From Octopus sinensis (Eukaryota): 64,000 nt of DNA. The notes below the pieces were generated by a model, which had not been told where the DNA came from, searched no databases, and was given only the letters and a program-made list of their open reading frames with translations. Shown in pieces: positions 13,916 to 27,050 of this stretch (the stretch's first letter is position 1; every line of letters starts with the position of its first letter). The DNA is taken from positions 35,464,001-35,528,000 of the forward strand of contig NC_043008.1 of assembly GCF_006345805.1 (NCBI RefSeq). The letters run 5' to 3'. The position numbers and the translations under genes were made by a program.

Positions 13916-15788
13916 TAGTGTACTGTTCTGTGATGGTAAGGTCAACAAAAAAGTACTCCATTTGGTGAGAGATAAATATTAAATATTCAATAATAAATAA
14001 AGTTTATTAAATATGTATATAATATCAGGGGAATAAACCGGCTGCGTAATTATGCATTGTGAAGTAAACATGGAAGAATAAAAGGTCAGCTCCCGTCGAA
14101 CTGAATAAGTCTGCAAACCAGTCCTAGTATGCGACTGTAAAACACCACTCAACTTAAGCAATTCTTTCACTTGAGAAAGAATTACCAACGTGACACATAT
14201 ACATACATCTCTGCTATAATCTGTTTTAAGAGTACATCAAATAATTCCGGTTCTTGTGTTACTAGGCTTGCATATTATCGATCCCCGAACAGATTTGAGT
14301 TCAAAATCTAATAATTCTTTCTCATAAACGATAATCCGGATGTATTTGTGTCAAATGACGTAAATCTTTAAGAATTTAAGGTGACGAAACGGAATATTTT
14401 GACAACCATATCTTTTATCGAATACATTGCCATTGTAGTAAACAGGAATTAATTTCAACTAAATAGCAAGCTCTGTAGTGAAGTTTTCAATATATAACAT
14501 CCACATCTCGATTTCTAATTCCATTGCAGTCATCAGTTTTCTTAACATTATTACTAATGTTTTTGTGAAAGGTTAAATTTATTAAACCGATAAATTTATG
14601 AATAAATTTCAAAGCGTGCTTCCTATCAAAAGATTTACATGTAACCTTCCTGTTAATTACTAAGTCAATCTAGTCGCCGATGTTCGTGACACACATTTGT
14701 GTGTCTTCGTGTCTATTTAAAATGTCATTATTATGTAGTTCTATCAAAACCTATGAAAATTCTACTTTTTATAAATATCCATCAGTGATTTGTTAATCAG
14801 TTTTTTTTTATGTCGGCAGAAGCTAAATTTATCTAAATATGTGGTTGCTAGTGGATGCTTACAAATGATGACGCGCAAAAGCGCAGAAATGCCGAGATCT
14901 AGCAATTCCACCGGCGTTACTGGATGCTCTTCACTTGTTGCTGATCTTCTGTGCTTATTAACAATATACTTTTATACGAAATGCTTTCTCCAAATTTAAT
15001 GCACAAATTTTTGTTATAAAATTGTTTCGTTATGTTAAACATTTCAATATCGAGAAATATGATTATTTTCTCCTTTCTGACACCTTGCCATGCGGAGCAG
15101 AATGATATCATACATGCATTGTGCATTATATACATGTATGTGCTTGCTTACATCCTTTTATGTTCTGAGTTCAAATTCCGCCGTGATCGTGTTTAACTGT
15201 CATCTTCCAGGAGCCCATAAAATAAAGTACCGGTCAAATATTCAGTGACTAATATCCTCTGCTGCATGCATCCACCAAAATTAGAGCAACATGATTCTCT
15301 CTGTTGAAGACCATTACATAGAGGCGCAGGTAGAGCCGAGTGTTTCAGAAGTTCGTTCTCTAACCACATGCTTGTGCAGCATCTTGCATAACTGACTGCT
15401 ATTATAGCCTTCTGTTTCACATGTGCACATACCTTATATACCTGTGCACCTATATATGTGTGGGTGTTTGTATATATATATATATGTAAATATATATATA
15501 TACCAAATACTATATATATATATATAATATATTATATATATGTGTGTGTGTCTGTGTATGTGGGTGTGTGTGTGTAAATATATTATACACAATGGGTGTA
15601 TGTATATGTATATACACCATATCTATTCATAGAAATTACATATACATCTCTAGACATAATATGTTATATATTTATTATATGTAAATGCAAAACCCACACT
15701 GGCACACATATATATGTGTGTATATGTGTGAGTACATAATATATCTATATTTAATCACACACATATCATATAATATATACATACATAT

Positions 15789-15865
<77 letters not shown>

Positions 15866-15939
15866 ATATTGCATATGTATTAATGCTCAAATATTATATT
15901 GATATAATATATATAATCATTCAGCAACAACACACCCTC

Positions 15940-16310
15940 ATAACCTCAGAGTCTACTACTAAATTCAGACCACGACAAACAGAGAGGAGGTTCTTAAAGC
16001 CGAGTATTTTGAACTTATGGAGACAATATTCATCTATCACCTGAGGAAACACATATCTCGTAATGCAGGGAAACAGTTGCATAATCAAGTACCTGAACAC
16101 CTGGAGAGCCACATTGCGTGGAAACACTTGCAGTGATTAAGAAATAAATCTTCAACCATACACCTTCTTGTTGACTCCAAGTTTTTTTAAGTATCTATTC
16201 ACACGCAACAGATGCCTAAACGCAAACCTGGCAGTATGTATAACACTACTACTGGATAGCACAGGGTCGATCCGAAGGTGGACAAGCTTTATACTGTACT
16301 CTAATACGTT
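15940..16310 (+). mobile_element. Decayed R4/Dong-type RT fragment
   Basis: Pieces IKYL and DPKVDKLY resemble the YKYLG and HP.SDVDRLY motifs downstream of the RT core. Confidence 0.4.
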
Positions 16311-16412
16311 CTTAATAGAACATAGCTATATATATAATATATATAATATATATATATATTATATATATATATATATATGAGAGGAGAGAAGAGAGAAGAG
16401 AGAGAGAGAGAC

Positions 16413-16454
<42 letters not shown>

Positions 16455-16477
16455 TAGATAGATAGATAGATAGATAG

Positions 16478-16512
<35 letters not shown>

Positions 16513-16580
16513 CAGACAGATAGAGAGAAGAGAGAGAGAGATGCAGAAGACAAACAGAGGGGGAGAGAGATATAGATAAG

Positions 16581-16617
<37 letters not shown>

Positions 16618-17234
16618 AAGTATGTGTATATTCACGCACACACACACACTGCATATGTATGTGTGGGTGCATAATTTAGCATTATTTACAATCATATACA
16701 GGCCTATATATACATAGAAGCATGTATTCGAGTAGGTAGCGCTTTCAGCACGAATAGCTATAGATAAAAGATATATTCCAGAAATAATTCTCATGCTGAA
16801 AGTGTGGGAGGTGAGTAATGTTTCTTTTATTTTCATTTCTGTGAAATTTAATTAACATTTGCAATTGATTCGAAATTTGTATTCGTTGAAAGCAGTAATA
16901 TAAAACCCTAACACTAACCTTAACCCTCCTACATCAAATGATAATTAATATTAATTTGTCGTTCTTTGAACTCAGTTCAATCACTTTTAATGTCAACAAG
17001 AAGCTGCCATTTTGATTGGAGCTATATCGTAGTAGCCTCGTTTTCAAGCTGGATAGCAACTAAGGTAATTCATCTTTCAATACTTACCTCTCATTCATAA
17101 TTTTATTACTTCTCTTGTAGGTTAATTGCAAAAGAGACCGATGTGCATGTGTGTGTTTTTTCTGTATATACGAATGCATATATAGGTATATATATAGAGA
17201 TTCAAACACACAAACGCATTTACAAACACAGGAA

Positions 17235-17275
<41 letters not shown>

Positions 17276-18041
17276 TATATTATAAGCATATTATATACAT
17301 ATATATCAACTTAACAAGCACACACACACATATATATATGCACAATTATGCATACATATTTTTATACAGACGTACATGCAGTCATACATATATATGTACA
17401 TGTATATGTACGTATGGTTGTGTGTGTATATATGTATTTATAATTGTATGTTCGTATATGTGTATAAATATGTATAAAAACCTAGTTGTACCATTTCAGT
17501 TCATCTACACAAAATATTTGATCATTAAGAGTGTACAACGTCACTGCAAGTAGTCGATGTTGTGACTTTATGTTTACGTGAATTGAATAAACGGAAATGG
17601 GAATGAAATATTCCATGTAAAAATAAGCGAATCTCACCACTCGCGGCACGTCTGGATATCCCATTTAACTGTTCATCTCATCAGCCACTGTTGAACTAAA
17701 GACAGTCATAACAAGACACAAATGAGATCTGCTTTAAAATGGTAATTAAAAATATCTCCCAAATAGAATGACCTAAAGTGGAAATAGAATAGTTTGATCA
17801 CTTAGATACACTAGCAGAAAGCTTGCCCTCCGGGTGGTTTTCTGCTTGCCACTTGATAATATTTTCACATTTGATTCCCAATTCTTATAATTTATATATT
17901 TTGCGTCTAATTATTTCTTTGTATAATAGTGCTCACTTACTTTGTGAGTATTGCTTACATTATTTATCACAGTCATAATCTCTCTTTTTTAAACAAACAT
18001 CAAGTTAGTCCAACTACCTTGAGCAATTTGTCATGGATTAC

Positions 18042-18084
18042 CTTCACCTCAAAGGAACATAGAGATTTCAGTTCAGCAGCCCAT
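18042..18084 (-). CDS. Candidate 43-nt internal exon (xWAAELKSLCSFEVK), protein unknown
   Basis: (CT)n tract and aaacttacag acceptor, AAG|gtaatc donor, one open frame; no homology recognised. Confidence 0.2.
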
Positions 18085-18654
18085 CTGTAAGTTTTGCAGT
18101 GTATGTGAGAGAGAGAGATAGAGAGAGAGAGAGGTGGGGGAGAAAACATTGCAAACAATGAATGAAATAAATATGAAACGGAAAATATCATATAAATAAA
18201 AGGGCATAAATAGGGATATATATGCCTCCGACTTTGTTGCTTCATAACATCCAGAAAAATGGATACTTTTAATGAAATCTTCTACAAATACCGCTTAGAT
18301 GCTGTGGCTTCAGAGTATATAGAGATTTATCGGAGAGAATTTTTCCAAGTGTGTGGAGAGAAGAGTTTCGGAAAATTCACACGAACTGACTTTTTTCCCG
18401 CATAGCTTTCAGTAAAATGAGTATATTTTAATGAAAGTTTATACAAATCCCTTTCAAATTGCATAGATTATGATTATAAAGAAATTTGTGGGGACATCTT
18501 CTTCTTCTTCTTCTCTCTTCTTTTCTTCTTCTTCTTCTTCTTCTTCTTCTTCTTCTTCTTCTCTTCTTCTTCTTCTTCTTCTTTTCTTCTTCTTCTCTTT
18601 CCAGGGGTTGGAGAGATGAATTTTCTTTACACCCTACCTCCCACATCATCCCAC

Positions 18655-19200
18655 TCCGAACCTATTTTAGCCAAATTTTCTTTTGCACTTCAAAACCATG
18701 AGAGGAGCCGTTTCGGTAAAAAAAAGATTCTTAATATTTTCAGAAGGAAAGTGAGTGATTTAAAGGAGATTTCACTGTGCTTTCCCAAGACAACCTTCCT
18801 CGTTTCTTTATCACTCTTGTATGTATTGATGTTTTTTCTATATTTTTCTCCCCCATAAATACATTTATATGCTATAAAAAAGAAAATTTGAAAAATTATG
18901 AATTTTTTACAATCCCACAGATGGTTTCTGTTTATAAATAAAAATTTTGGAGTGCCTGAGAAGGTCATTGCTGGCATTTATCCACAGTGATATTTTTTAA
19001 TAGCTATGTAAGCGATAATTCATTTTAATAACATACTTTTCTGCAAGAAAATGTATTTTTCTTACACACACACACGGCTTCGCTTGGTTGAGGTGGGAGT
19101 AAAAATTTGGATTACAATATTTTTTTTTTGTTTTTCTTTTACCGAAAAGGTTCCTCCCGCGGTTTTTAAGCTTTAAAAAAATGACTAAAATCGGTCCGGA
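18655..19200. repeat. Inverted-repeat pair (~70-bp arms) in a probable non-autonomous DNA transposon
   Basis: 18655-18725 is the diverged reverse complement of 19130-19200 (tccg.acc.attttag.ca..aaaacc..g.gagga.cc.tttcggtaaaa). Confidence 0.65.
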
Positions 19201-21334
19201 TAGTTATTATTGTAAAGCTTATAGCATTCTAAATAGCTATAACAACAAAATCACTTCATTTGTTTCACAAAAATTATACCGGTATATAAAAAAATTGTCA
19301 TTCAATAAATAATATTTTTACATTACGTATATAAAATATACTGTGGGCTTTCCAAATAGCAAATTAAAATTTGAAATGTAAAAATTGAAATAGCGATTGA
19401 GATACTTTGCAAATGAAAACAGAATACTCTGCAGTGAATGCAACGAATATTTAAATTTATGAAAAATTGGAGTTCAAACATCCAATGAAGTTCAGAAATC
19501 GAAATTATAGGAAATTTCTTGGAACATAAATTTATAAAATATTTCCTGACGGTCAAGCCTTTAATAATTGCTTTCTTTTAGTATTTTTAGTAACTGTTAC
19601 TTACCTAGTGAATAAGCACCTTTCTCCATTGTAATATAGATAATACAGATACTAGAAGCTATGAAATTGACAAACACACGTGAACTCAAGTCGTACAATT
19701 TTAGATAGTCTAAGAGATATAGTTAATTGCCGAGAATGCGCAAAGATTCAGTGAGCAACTAGTGCTATGACTTTATGATATACATATATATATATATAGA
19801 TATATATATATATATATAAATGTATATATGTATATATATGTGTGTGGTGTGTATATACATGCACATATTATATATGTATGTATATATATAAACACACACA
19901 CATATACATAACACATTATATACATATACATGTGTGCGTGTACGTACGTATTATGTATTATGTATATATGTGTATATGTATGTATGTGTGTGTATGTATG
20001 TATGTATTTATGTATGTATGTATGTACGTATGTATGTATGTATGTATGTATGCATTAGATTTGTAGTACACATTTGACTTAAACACTCTTCTCTAATTCG
20101 TGAGTAAGAAAGCCTGTGGAAACCAAAAATAAAAGGGCATAATTACAGAGGTGTAGCAGATCGTAATTTGGCAATGCGTAGCTCTTCACTGTTGAATATG
20201 GTCTATGAACAAAAGTTCAATCCACTTTACTTGTTATCACTTTGATTGGGACCTAAATATTGCATTTCTGAGAGATTGAGTGCTTGATGACTATGATTAA
20301 TGGCATACTAATCCTGAAATATTTGAATTGTGACTAAAGCCGTAGATAATTAAATGGATGCATTTTGAATATTTAAAATACGGAGATAGACATCTGTAAA
20401 AACAAAGGCGACAAAATATCCGTGAGCCATGATGTTCTGCATTGGTTTCGTTCAGTGAAGAATACAAAATCAAGACAACGTTTAATAAAAAAGAAAAGAA
20501 CAAGGAAATAATTCATGAATATATTGTTTGAAGATATCAGTTTTACATTAAATATATGCATATATCTGGGAAAATGTGAAGTTTAGCGAAAATCCACAAA
20601 ACTAGCGGTCATTTAAATTTGATTGTTCACGTCACTTTATTCGTGGCATTCTCCAGTTCTTTAAATCATTCCAAAATGACTCTCAATTTGGATGGAACAA
20701 TGCTGGAGAGACAAAAAAAATCAAAACAAATGAACAAACAAAAAAAAAAGAAATTTTCTCTCTCGTCTACTCATCTTTTTGAGAACAAAAAACAAATGAA
20801 AGTAAAGCAGACGATATCAAAACAAGAACCATATGTGCATAATAATCGACCAAACAGAGAATCCATTGAAATGGAAGGTAATAAGATTGAATAGGCAGAT
20901 TTCTTTCTTTCTTTCTTTCTTTTTGAAATATATATTAGTCAGATGGAATATATCTAATCTGGCAGATAGCCTACACATTTAAATATTTGATCTAGTTTTA
21001 TCACTGGTGCATCATATGGAAAAGAACGAACCCATAGCCGATAGGCGAATACAATTTCGAAATGGTTTCTTCGACATAATTTTGGAATGGCTGCAGATCA
21101 GATATTATGGTGAAAGTATAAAAGTATGAAACATGGAAAGATTCGACGATACACTTGAATGATTCCGTAGCTTTTTTGGAAATTTTCTCCCTTAGCCATC
21201 TGGTAATATCGTATAAAAGTAATTTCTTTTTTTCTCTTCCTTTTTTCTTTTTCTTTCCTCTTACTTTATTTTCTCTAGCTAAACTGATACCATTCTATTT
21301 CCTTAAAGTGCCACTATAATATTAATACTAATAA

Positions 21335-21359
21335 TAATGATGATGATGATGATGATGAA

Positions 21360-21450
<91 letters not shown>
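21335..21450. repeat. (GAT)n(AAT)n microsatellite
   Basis: Directly visible. Confidence 0.98.
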
Positions 21451-21452
<2 letters not shown>

Positions 21453-22479
21453 CGTGCTGTTCTCCCTACATTACTGGTTAAAAGAAAAGCGAAATAGGCA
21501 TTGTGCCCAAAATGGTATTGTGAATGACACGTTAATATGAGTACATAAGATGAAAAAAATTATACCAAGAATTACTATTTACATGAAGAATGTGGTTTGG
21601 CTGCTGTTTCAAAGAAATGTTAGCATTTTACAACCGTTGCACCAATTGATATTCAACTAATGATGTCTGGGATTCCAACTGTTTCCACAATGCACCTTTT
21701 TTTTCTTTTGCCTTTTTAAAGAATTTCTCTGATGTTTATTGATGTTAATCGTTTCCATCTAAAGGGTAGTTGGTGCCAGGTTAGGTAGTGGCACTGGACG
21801 AAGCAAAATACTTGAAATATTTAGTTAAACTGTTTTGGGTTCATATCTTGTCGATCTCCATCTTGTCTTTTTATCTTTGGAATTGTGCCAATTCTGAAAT
21901 ATTAATACTTCTCCTATAAAGGAATATGAATTGCAAAATAGGTAAAAGAAATTGTGGACTCAATGGTTTGCATTATTCAGTTGTTTATCTATACAATCTG
22001 AGTTCAAATTGAGCTGGTGTCAGTTTTCTTTGACTAACAAATGACTGATTGATTTTTTTAACCAGCACATTAAGCAAACAATCGATTACTTAATTGGTTG
22101 GATATTTAATCAATTGACTAACTATAAGGAAGTAGAAATGAACCTGCGCGTGTGTTGTTATTATTGGTTCTATAACTCTCCCAAGACACAGCAAAATATT
22201 GAGTTGATTCGATGAAAGATGTTTTGACTTTTATATTTTTACCAAAAATTCAATTGTAGGGATTTGTGATAATGTCCTTATATCAGAAACCAATATTCCT
22301 ACCATAGAATATATTTAACGTCAAAGCATCATAATCCGATAGCGTCATGCTTATGTTTTATTGATTTGGCTGTTGTTCCTAGGCGAAAGGCAATTACTTA
22401 AAACAGAAAGCAGCTGAGAAAGAAAGGAAAAGAAGTGCCAAAAAGATAAAAGTGACAGGGGGGGGGGGTCTTGTTGCTT

Positions 22480-22560
22480 AGCCCCAGGTAGTCTTGATCG
22501 AGCCAACCTATAATAAAAAGTATTCCAGCGATGGCCATCCTGTCTTTTAAAAGTATCAAC
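22480..22560 (-). mobile_element. Short retroposon 3'-tail fragment (family D); also near 13100-13140 (+), 36570-36660, 36880-36945 and 38840-38915
   Basis: Recurring motif tagccccaggt...ctgatcgag.agacctatgatcaaagg.attccagccgtgaccatccc next to (GTT)n. Confidence 0.55.
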
Positions 22561-22919
22561 AGCATCTAAAAAAGCGTCCTTTTTTCTTTTGGTCTTTTTG
22601 GCTATTTCAATTGCCAAATCGTTAAGATAGAAGTGAGGAGGTCGTGCCGTTCATTACCCAAAGCGTCTTACTCTTTTTTAAGAGGGTAGGAATGTGATTT
22701 GTTGCAATTATGGTTGCTATTTCTAGTATATGCAGCCGCCGCCTAGTAGCCCACCCACTCTGGTAGAGAATATAAAGTGGATTTATATTTTCAGTTCACT
22801 CCTTTCACGCCAGGTTTCAATCACGTGACTAATGAAGTCATTAAAAAAGACACGAACATCGTACAAATATTTTCTCGCCACCGTTCTATATAGCTATCTA
22901 TCAGTCGATCGATCGACCT

Positions 22920-23040
22920 ATTATCTATCTTTCTCTTTACCCATCTACTCATCTCTCTCTCTCTCTCCCTCTTTCTCTCTCTCTTTATCTATATATCTAT
23001 CTCTCAATCTGTTTGTCTGAATATCCGGTTGTCTGTTGGC

Positions 23041-23110
<70 letters not shown>

Positions 23111-23279
23111 GTCTGTCTGTCTGTCTGTCTGCCTGTCTTTTTTTCCCGATCCCTTTTGATCGGAATTTTACATTTGTTTCCTTTTTTGTTCTCTTTTTCT
23201 TTTTCCATCTTCGAAAAGAAAAGATCTACATTTGTATTTGTTGCCTCTATATTCAGCCCTGTGTGGCCGATAAAGAAAG

Positions 23280-23360
<81 letters not shown>

Positions 23361-23417
23361 AACCTGTCTGTTTGCACATCTGTCAATCTCTCTCTCTCTC
23401 TCTCTCTCCCTTTCTCC

Positions 23418-23484
<67 letters not shown>

Positions 23485-23592
23485 CCTATCTATCCGTCTG
23501 TTTGTCTATTTGTCTGCCTGTCAACATGTCTATCTCTCTATCAATCTGTTTATTTGCGTATCTGTCTCTTTCTTTCCCTTTCCCCCTCCTTC

Positions 23593-23669
<77 letters not shown>

Positions 23670-23670
23670 T
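22920..23670. repeat. Compound (CTAT)n/(CTGT)n/(CT)n microsatellite block
   Basis: Directly visible; source of the SIYL ORFs. Confidence 0.98.
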
Positions 23671-23684
23671 TCTCCCGCCTCTTG

Positions 23685-23783
23685 CTATTGATGAACCTCG
23701 GGGTTTCTATCTCCACAGTAAAATGTCGTTTCTGTAGCGACTGCAAACAGAAGCAGCAGAGCAATCGCTAGGCGAATGAACAT
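23685..23783 (-). CDS. Candidate first exon encoding a signal-peptide-like sequence [29 protein letters not shown](VHQ*)
   Basis: Hand translation; A at -3; basic n-region, 12-residue hydrophobic core, small residues after it; only weak donors (GAG|gttcat, T|gtggag). Confidence 0.35.
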   Translation of the reverse strand: MFIRLAIALLLLFAVATETTFYCGDRNPEVHQ

Positions 23784-23789
23784 CGTCGC

Positions 23790-23840
23790 TAATTGGGAGC
23801 GAGGCGGGGCGGGGCAAATGCTGTTTGATTGATTTACCCT
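23790..23840. promoter_or_regulatory. Promoter-like motif cluster: CCAAT (reverse, 23792-23796), GC boxes gaggcggggcggggc (23801-23815), TGATTGATTTA (23826-23836)
   Basis: Motifs visible in a CpG-rich unique patch within an otherwise CpG-poor repeat landscape. Confidence 0.4.
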
Positions 23841-24100
23841 TGATAATTACAGTCGCTGTTCGTGTTGAAATGACAAAACAGTGGTTTTACTACAAAACCT
23901 ACGCGATACATTCACAAATCAAGAGAGGAGATTAAAATACATATGTTAATAAATTATTTGTCTGACATTCAGCCCACTTCAGCTTCATGGATACAATTAA
24001 AGCATTAAAATTTTCGATTTGACCACACACACACGTGTATGTGTGTGTGTGTGTATCTCTATGCGTGCGGGTGCGCGTGTATATTTACGTATATATATCA

Positions 24101-24518
24101 ATTTATTTACTACCCACAAGGGGCTAAACTCAGAGGGGACAAACAAGGACAGACAAAGGGATTAAGTCTATTACATCGACCCCAGTGCGTAACTGGTACT
24201 TAATTTATCGACCCCGAAAGGATGAAAGGTAAAGTCGACCTCGGCGGAATTTGAACTCAGAACGCAGCGGCGGACGGAAATACCTATTTCTTTACTACCC
24301 ACAAGGGGCTAAACACAGAGAGGACGAACAAGGACAGACAAAAGGATTAAGTCTATTACATCGACACCAGTGCGTAACTGGTACTTAATTTATCGACCCG
24401 AAACAAGGATGAAAGGCAAAGTCGACCTCGGCGGAATTTGAACTCAGAACGCAGCGGCGGACAAAATACCGCAAAGCATTTCGCCCGGCGTGCTAACGTT
24501 TCTGCCAGCTAGTCGCCT
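24101..24518 (-). mobile_element. SINE family B, dimeric (head plus two bodies)
   Basis: A-box-like head ggc...gctggcagaaacgttagc, B-box-like gagttcaaattcc; bodies 24101-24284 and 24285-24470 are near-identical. Confidence 0.92.
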
Positions 24519-24589
24519 TTACGTATAGATATCGACAGACAGACAGATCTCAGAATTTTCGACCAAAGGTAATCGGTTGTTCGATCGAT

Positions 24590-24722
24590 AGAATTTCCAG
24601 GTTCATTGAATTAGTATGTAAGTGGCCGAATATTCCACAGAAATGCATGTCATTGCAAGTTAATTCTCATGCAGAATTGGCGTAGCACAATGTGACAAGG
24701 CTGGATCGTTGAATTATAGGTC
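24590..24722 (-). mobile_element. SINE C3 3' module fragment
   Basis: Similar to 37960-38090 and 58610-58740 (gtaagtggc.ga..ctccacaga.a.g..tgtgacaaggc). Confidence 0.55.
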
Positions 24723-24887
24723 GATCTATCTGATGGACGTTGTCGGGTGGTCTCCGTCCATCCAGTCTCTCTCAGAAGATACGCGTCCGCCAAGGGCTAG
24801 AGAAACGACACTTGCTGAAGATGCAGCACAACGAAATTGAAACTGAGACTTTATAATTGCGAAGTAAACTTCGTAATCATTTGGGTT

Positions 24888-25058
24888 CCATGGTTCCGGG
24901 TTCAGTCCCACTGCGTGGCTCCTTGGGCAGTGTCTTCTACTATAGCCCCGGGCCGACCAAAGCTTGTGAGTGGATTTGGTAGACGGAAACTGAAAGAAGC
25001 CCGTCGTATATATATATATATATATGTATATATATTATATATATATTATATAGTATAT

Positions 25059-25095
<37 letters not shown>

Positions 25096-25326
25096 CTATA
25101 TATATGTGCGTGTGTGCGTTTGTGTGTCTGTGTTTGTCCCTCTAGCATTGCTTGACAACCGATGCTATTGTGGTTATGTCGCCCGTTACCTAGCGGTCGG
25201 CAAAGAGACCGATAGAATAGTACTGGTCTTACAAAAGAATAAGTCCCAGGGTCGAGTTGCTTGATTGAAGGCGGTGCTCCAGCATGGCCGCAGTCAAATG
25301 ACTGAAACAAGTAAAAGAGTAAAGAA
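24888..25326 (+). mobile_element. SINE A, slightly 5'-truncated
   Basis: ggttccgggttcagtccc, CORE-like gtggctccttgggcagtgtctt, internal (TA)n(TG)n, tail gtaaaagagtaaag. Confidence 0.93.
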
Positions 25327-25410
25327 GGAGTATACATGTGTGCACGTTTGTGTGTGTGTGTGTTTGTGTATGCGTGTGCGTATAAACGAATGCATGTATG
25401 TGCATATGTG

Positions 25411-25750
25411 AAGGTGCATGGCTCAGTGGTTAGGGTGTCGAACTTACGACCCTGAGGTTGTGAGTTCGAATCGCGGACCGGGCTGCGTGTTGTGTTCTTG
25501 AGCAAGACACTTTGCTCCAGTTCACGTTGCTCCAGTTCACTCAGCTGTAGAAATGAGTTGCGACGTCACTGGTGCCAAGCTGTATCGGCCTTTGCCTTTC
25601 CCTTGGATGACATCGGTGGCGTGGAGAAGGGAGGCTGGTATGCACGGGCGACTGCTGGTCTTCCATAAGCAACCTTGCCTGGACCTGTGCCGGGGAGGGT
25701 AACTTTCTAGGTGCAATCCCATGGTCTGTGTCGTGACCGAAGGGGGTCTA
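25411..25750 (+). mobile_element. SINE family C, type C1
   Basis: tRNA-like head tggctcagtggttaggg...gagttcgaatcgc and CORE-like ttcttgagcaagacact..gctccagttcactcagctgtagaaatgag. Confidence 0.88.
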
Positions 25751-26429
25751 AGATGTGCATATGTATGTACATATTGCGAAAGGTATTTGATACGATATTT
25801 GGCAAACATATGACAAGTGTATTTAAATGAATAAAAATTTGTACAAAGGTCCTCAATAAGCTTTCTTATAAGATTATTCTATGAATCCGCCTTCAGCCTT
25901 GAGGACTGCTTCAATATACGCGATGGGTTGTCGAATTGCTATGACTCGAATTTTGACGACGGTTACGCTTTTTTTTAAACATCACAGTTCTGTGCTTAAA
26001 TACAATCAGACACAACTAAAGTTTATCTTATTTCGCTTTATTCAATGATCTTTAATAATATTTCTTATAGCGTTATATGAAACGCTATTAAGTACATCTG
26101 TTGTCTGCTCTACAGTATATTTATTGACTATCTGTATGTATGCATCTACTTATGTGTGTATGTATGCATGTATGAATGCTTATATACGGATATAAATTCT
26201 TTTACTTGTTTCAGTCATTTCACTGCGGCCATGACAACAAAAAACAAAAGAATGAATGAGACCTCGATATTATGTAAATAATCTGGAATATGTGACCGTA
26301 AAGTAAGTTAGCTTAAAATTAATATATATATATATTATATATATATATATCTATATTATATATATATATATATATATAATATATATATATATAGATATAT
26401 TATATTATATTTATTATATTATATTATAT

Positions 26430-27050
26430 TATATATATAAAATCCGTTCTTCTGTCTGTGTATGTGTCTTCTAGATTCTCGAGCATCCTCCATCCGATTC
26501 GCTCAAAAATTTGATATGTAGATACCGACGGTATCAGAGCGTGTATAAGTCTTGAAAAAATTACAAAAATTGATTCCAGGTGAGAATGCAGTCGATAAAG
26601 CCGTGGGAACGTGCATTTGTACGCGCAAGTACATCAGCTGTTGCGATCGATACTACGCGTACGCGAGAAAAATGCACGGAACCCCCACGACTTTGCAATG
26701 GCACTCGGTTGCTTCTCACCCAACTTTTGGATGACGTTTTCGAGGCAAAAGTTATCACGGGTCAAGGAGCAGGGGATGTTGTTTTTATTTCCCGCATGCT
26801 ATTGATTCCGTCGGACTGTGTTTACCCGATGAAACGCGTTCAACTCTCTATTCGCCTGAGCTTCGTGATGACCATCAACAAAGCACAGGGGCAGTCACTG
26901 AAAGTCGTGTGGTTGGACCTCAGCACTCCCTGCTTTTCGCACGGACAACTGTATGTGGGCTGTTCGAGGGTTGGCTGTTCGACAAACCTTTTCCACTACG
27001 CTCCAGACGGAATAACAAGGAATGTGGTTTACAAGGCTGCGCTCCACTAG
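26430..27050 (+). mobile_element. Internally deleted Helitron: 5' terminus fused to the C-terminus of a PIF1-type helicase (26682-27050)
   Basis: ORF motifs PPRLCNGTRL, RVQLSIRLSFVMTINKAQGQSL, FSHGQLYVGCSRV, TRNVVYK; 5' end tatataaaa..tctgtctgtgtatgtgtc; 3' hairpin and CTAG not located. Confidence 0.92.

Noticed and set aside
16793-16816. ATG CTG AAA GTG TGG GAG|gtgagt, a consensus splice donor
   Set aside because: One 6-mer match is expected by chance; no promoter context or compatible downstream exon was found.
16906-16929. Telomere-like ccctaa cactaa ccttaa ccctcc
   Set aside because: Only four degenerate units; too short to call an interstitial telomere.
24101-24470. CRISPR-like or satellite reading of the tandem 184-bp units
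   Set aside because: No short repeats with unique spacers, no cas genes, eukaryotic context; the units are SINE bodies.
25411-25485. Possible true tRNA genes at SINE heads (also 46063, 58453 and the ggttcgaatccc box near 50993)
   Set aside because: A and B boxes are present, but there is no closing acceptor stem or T-run terminator and they continue into SINE bodies.
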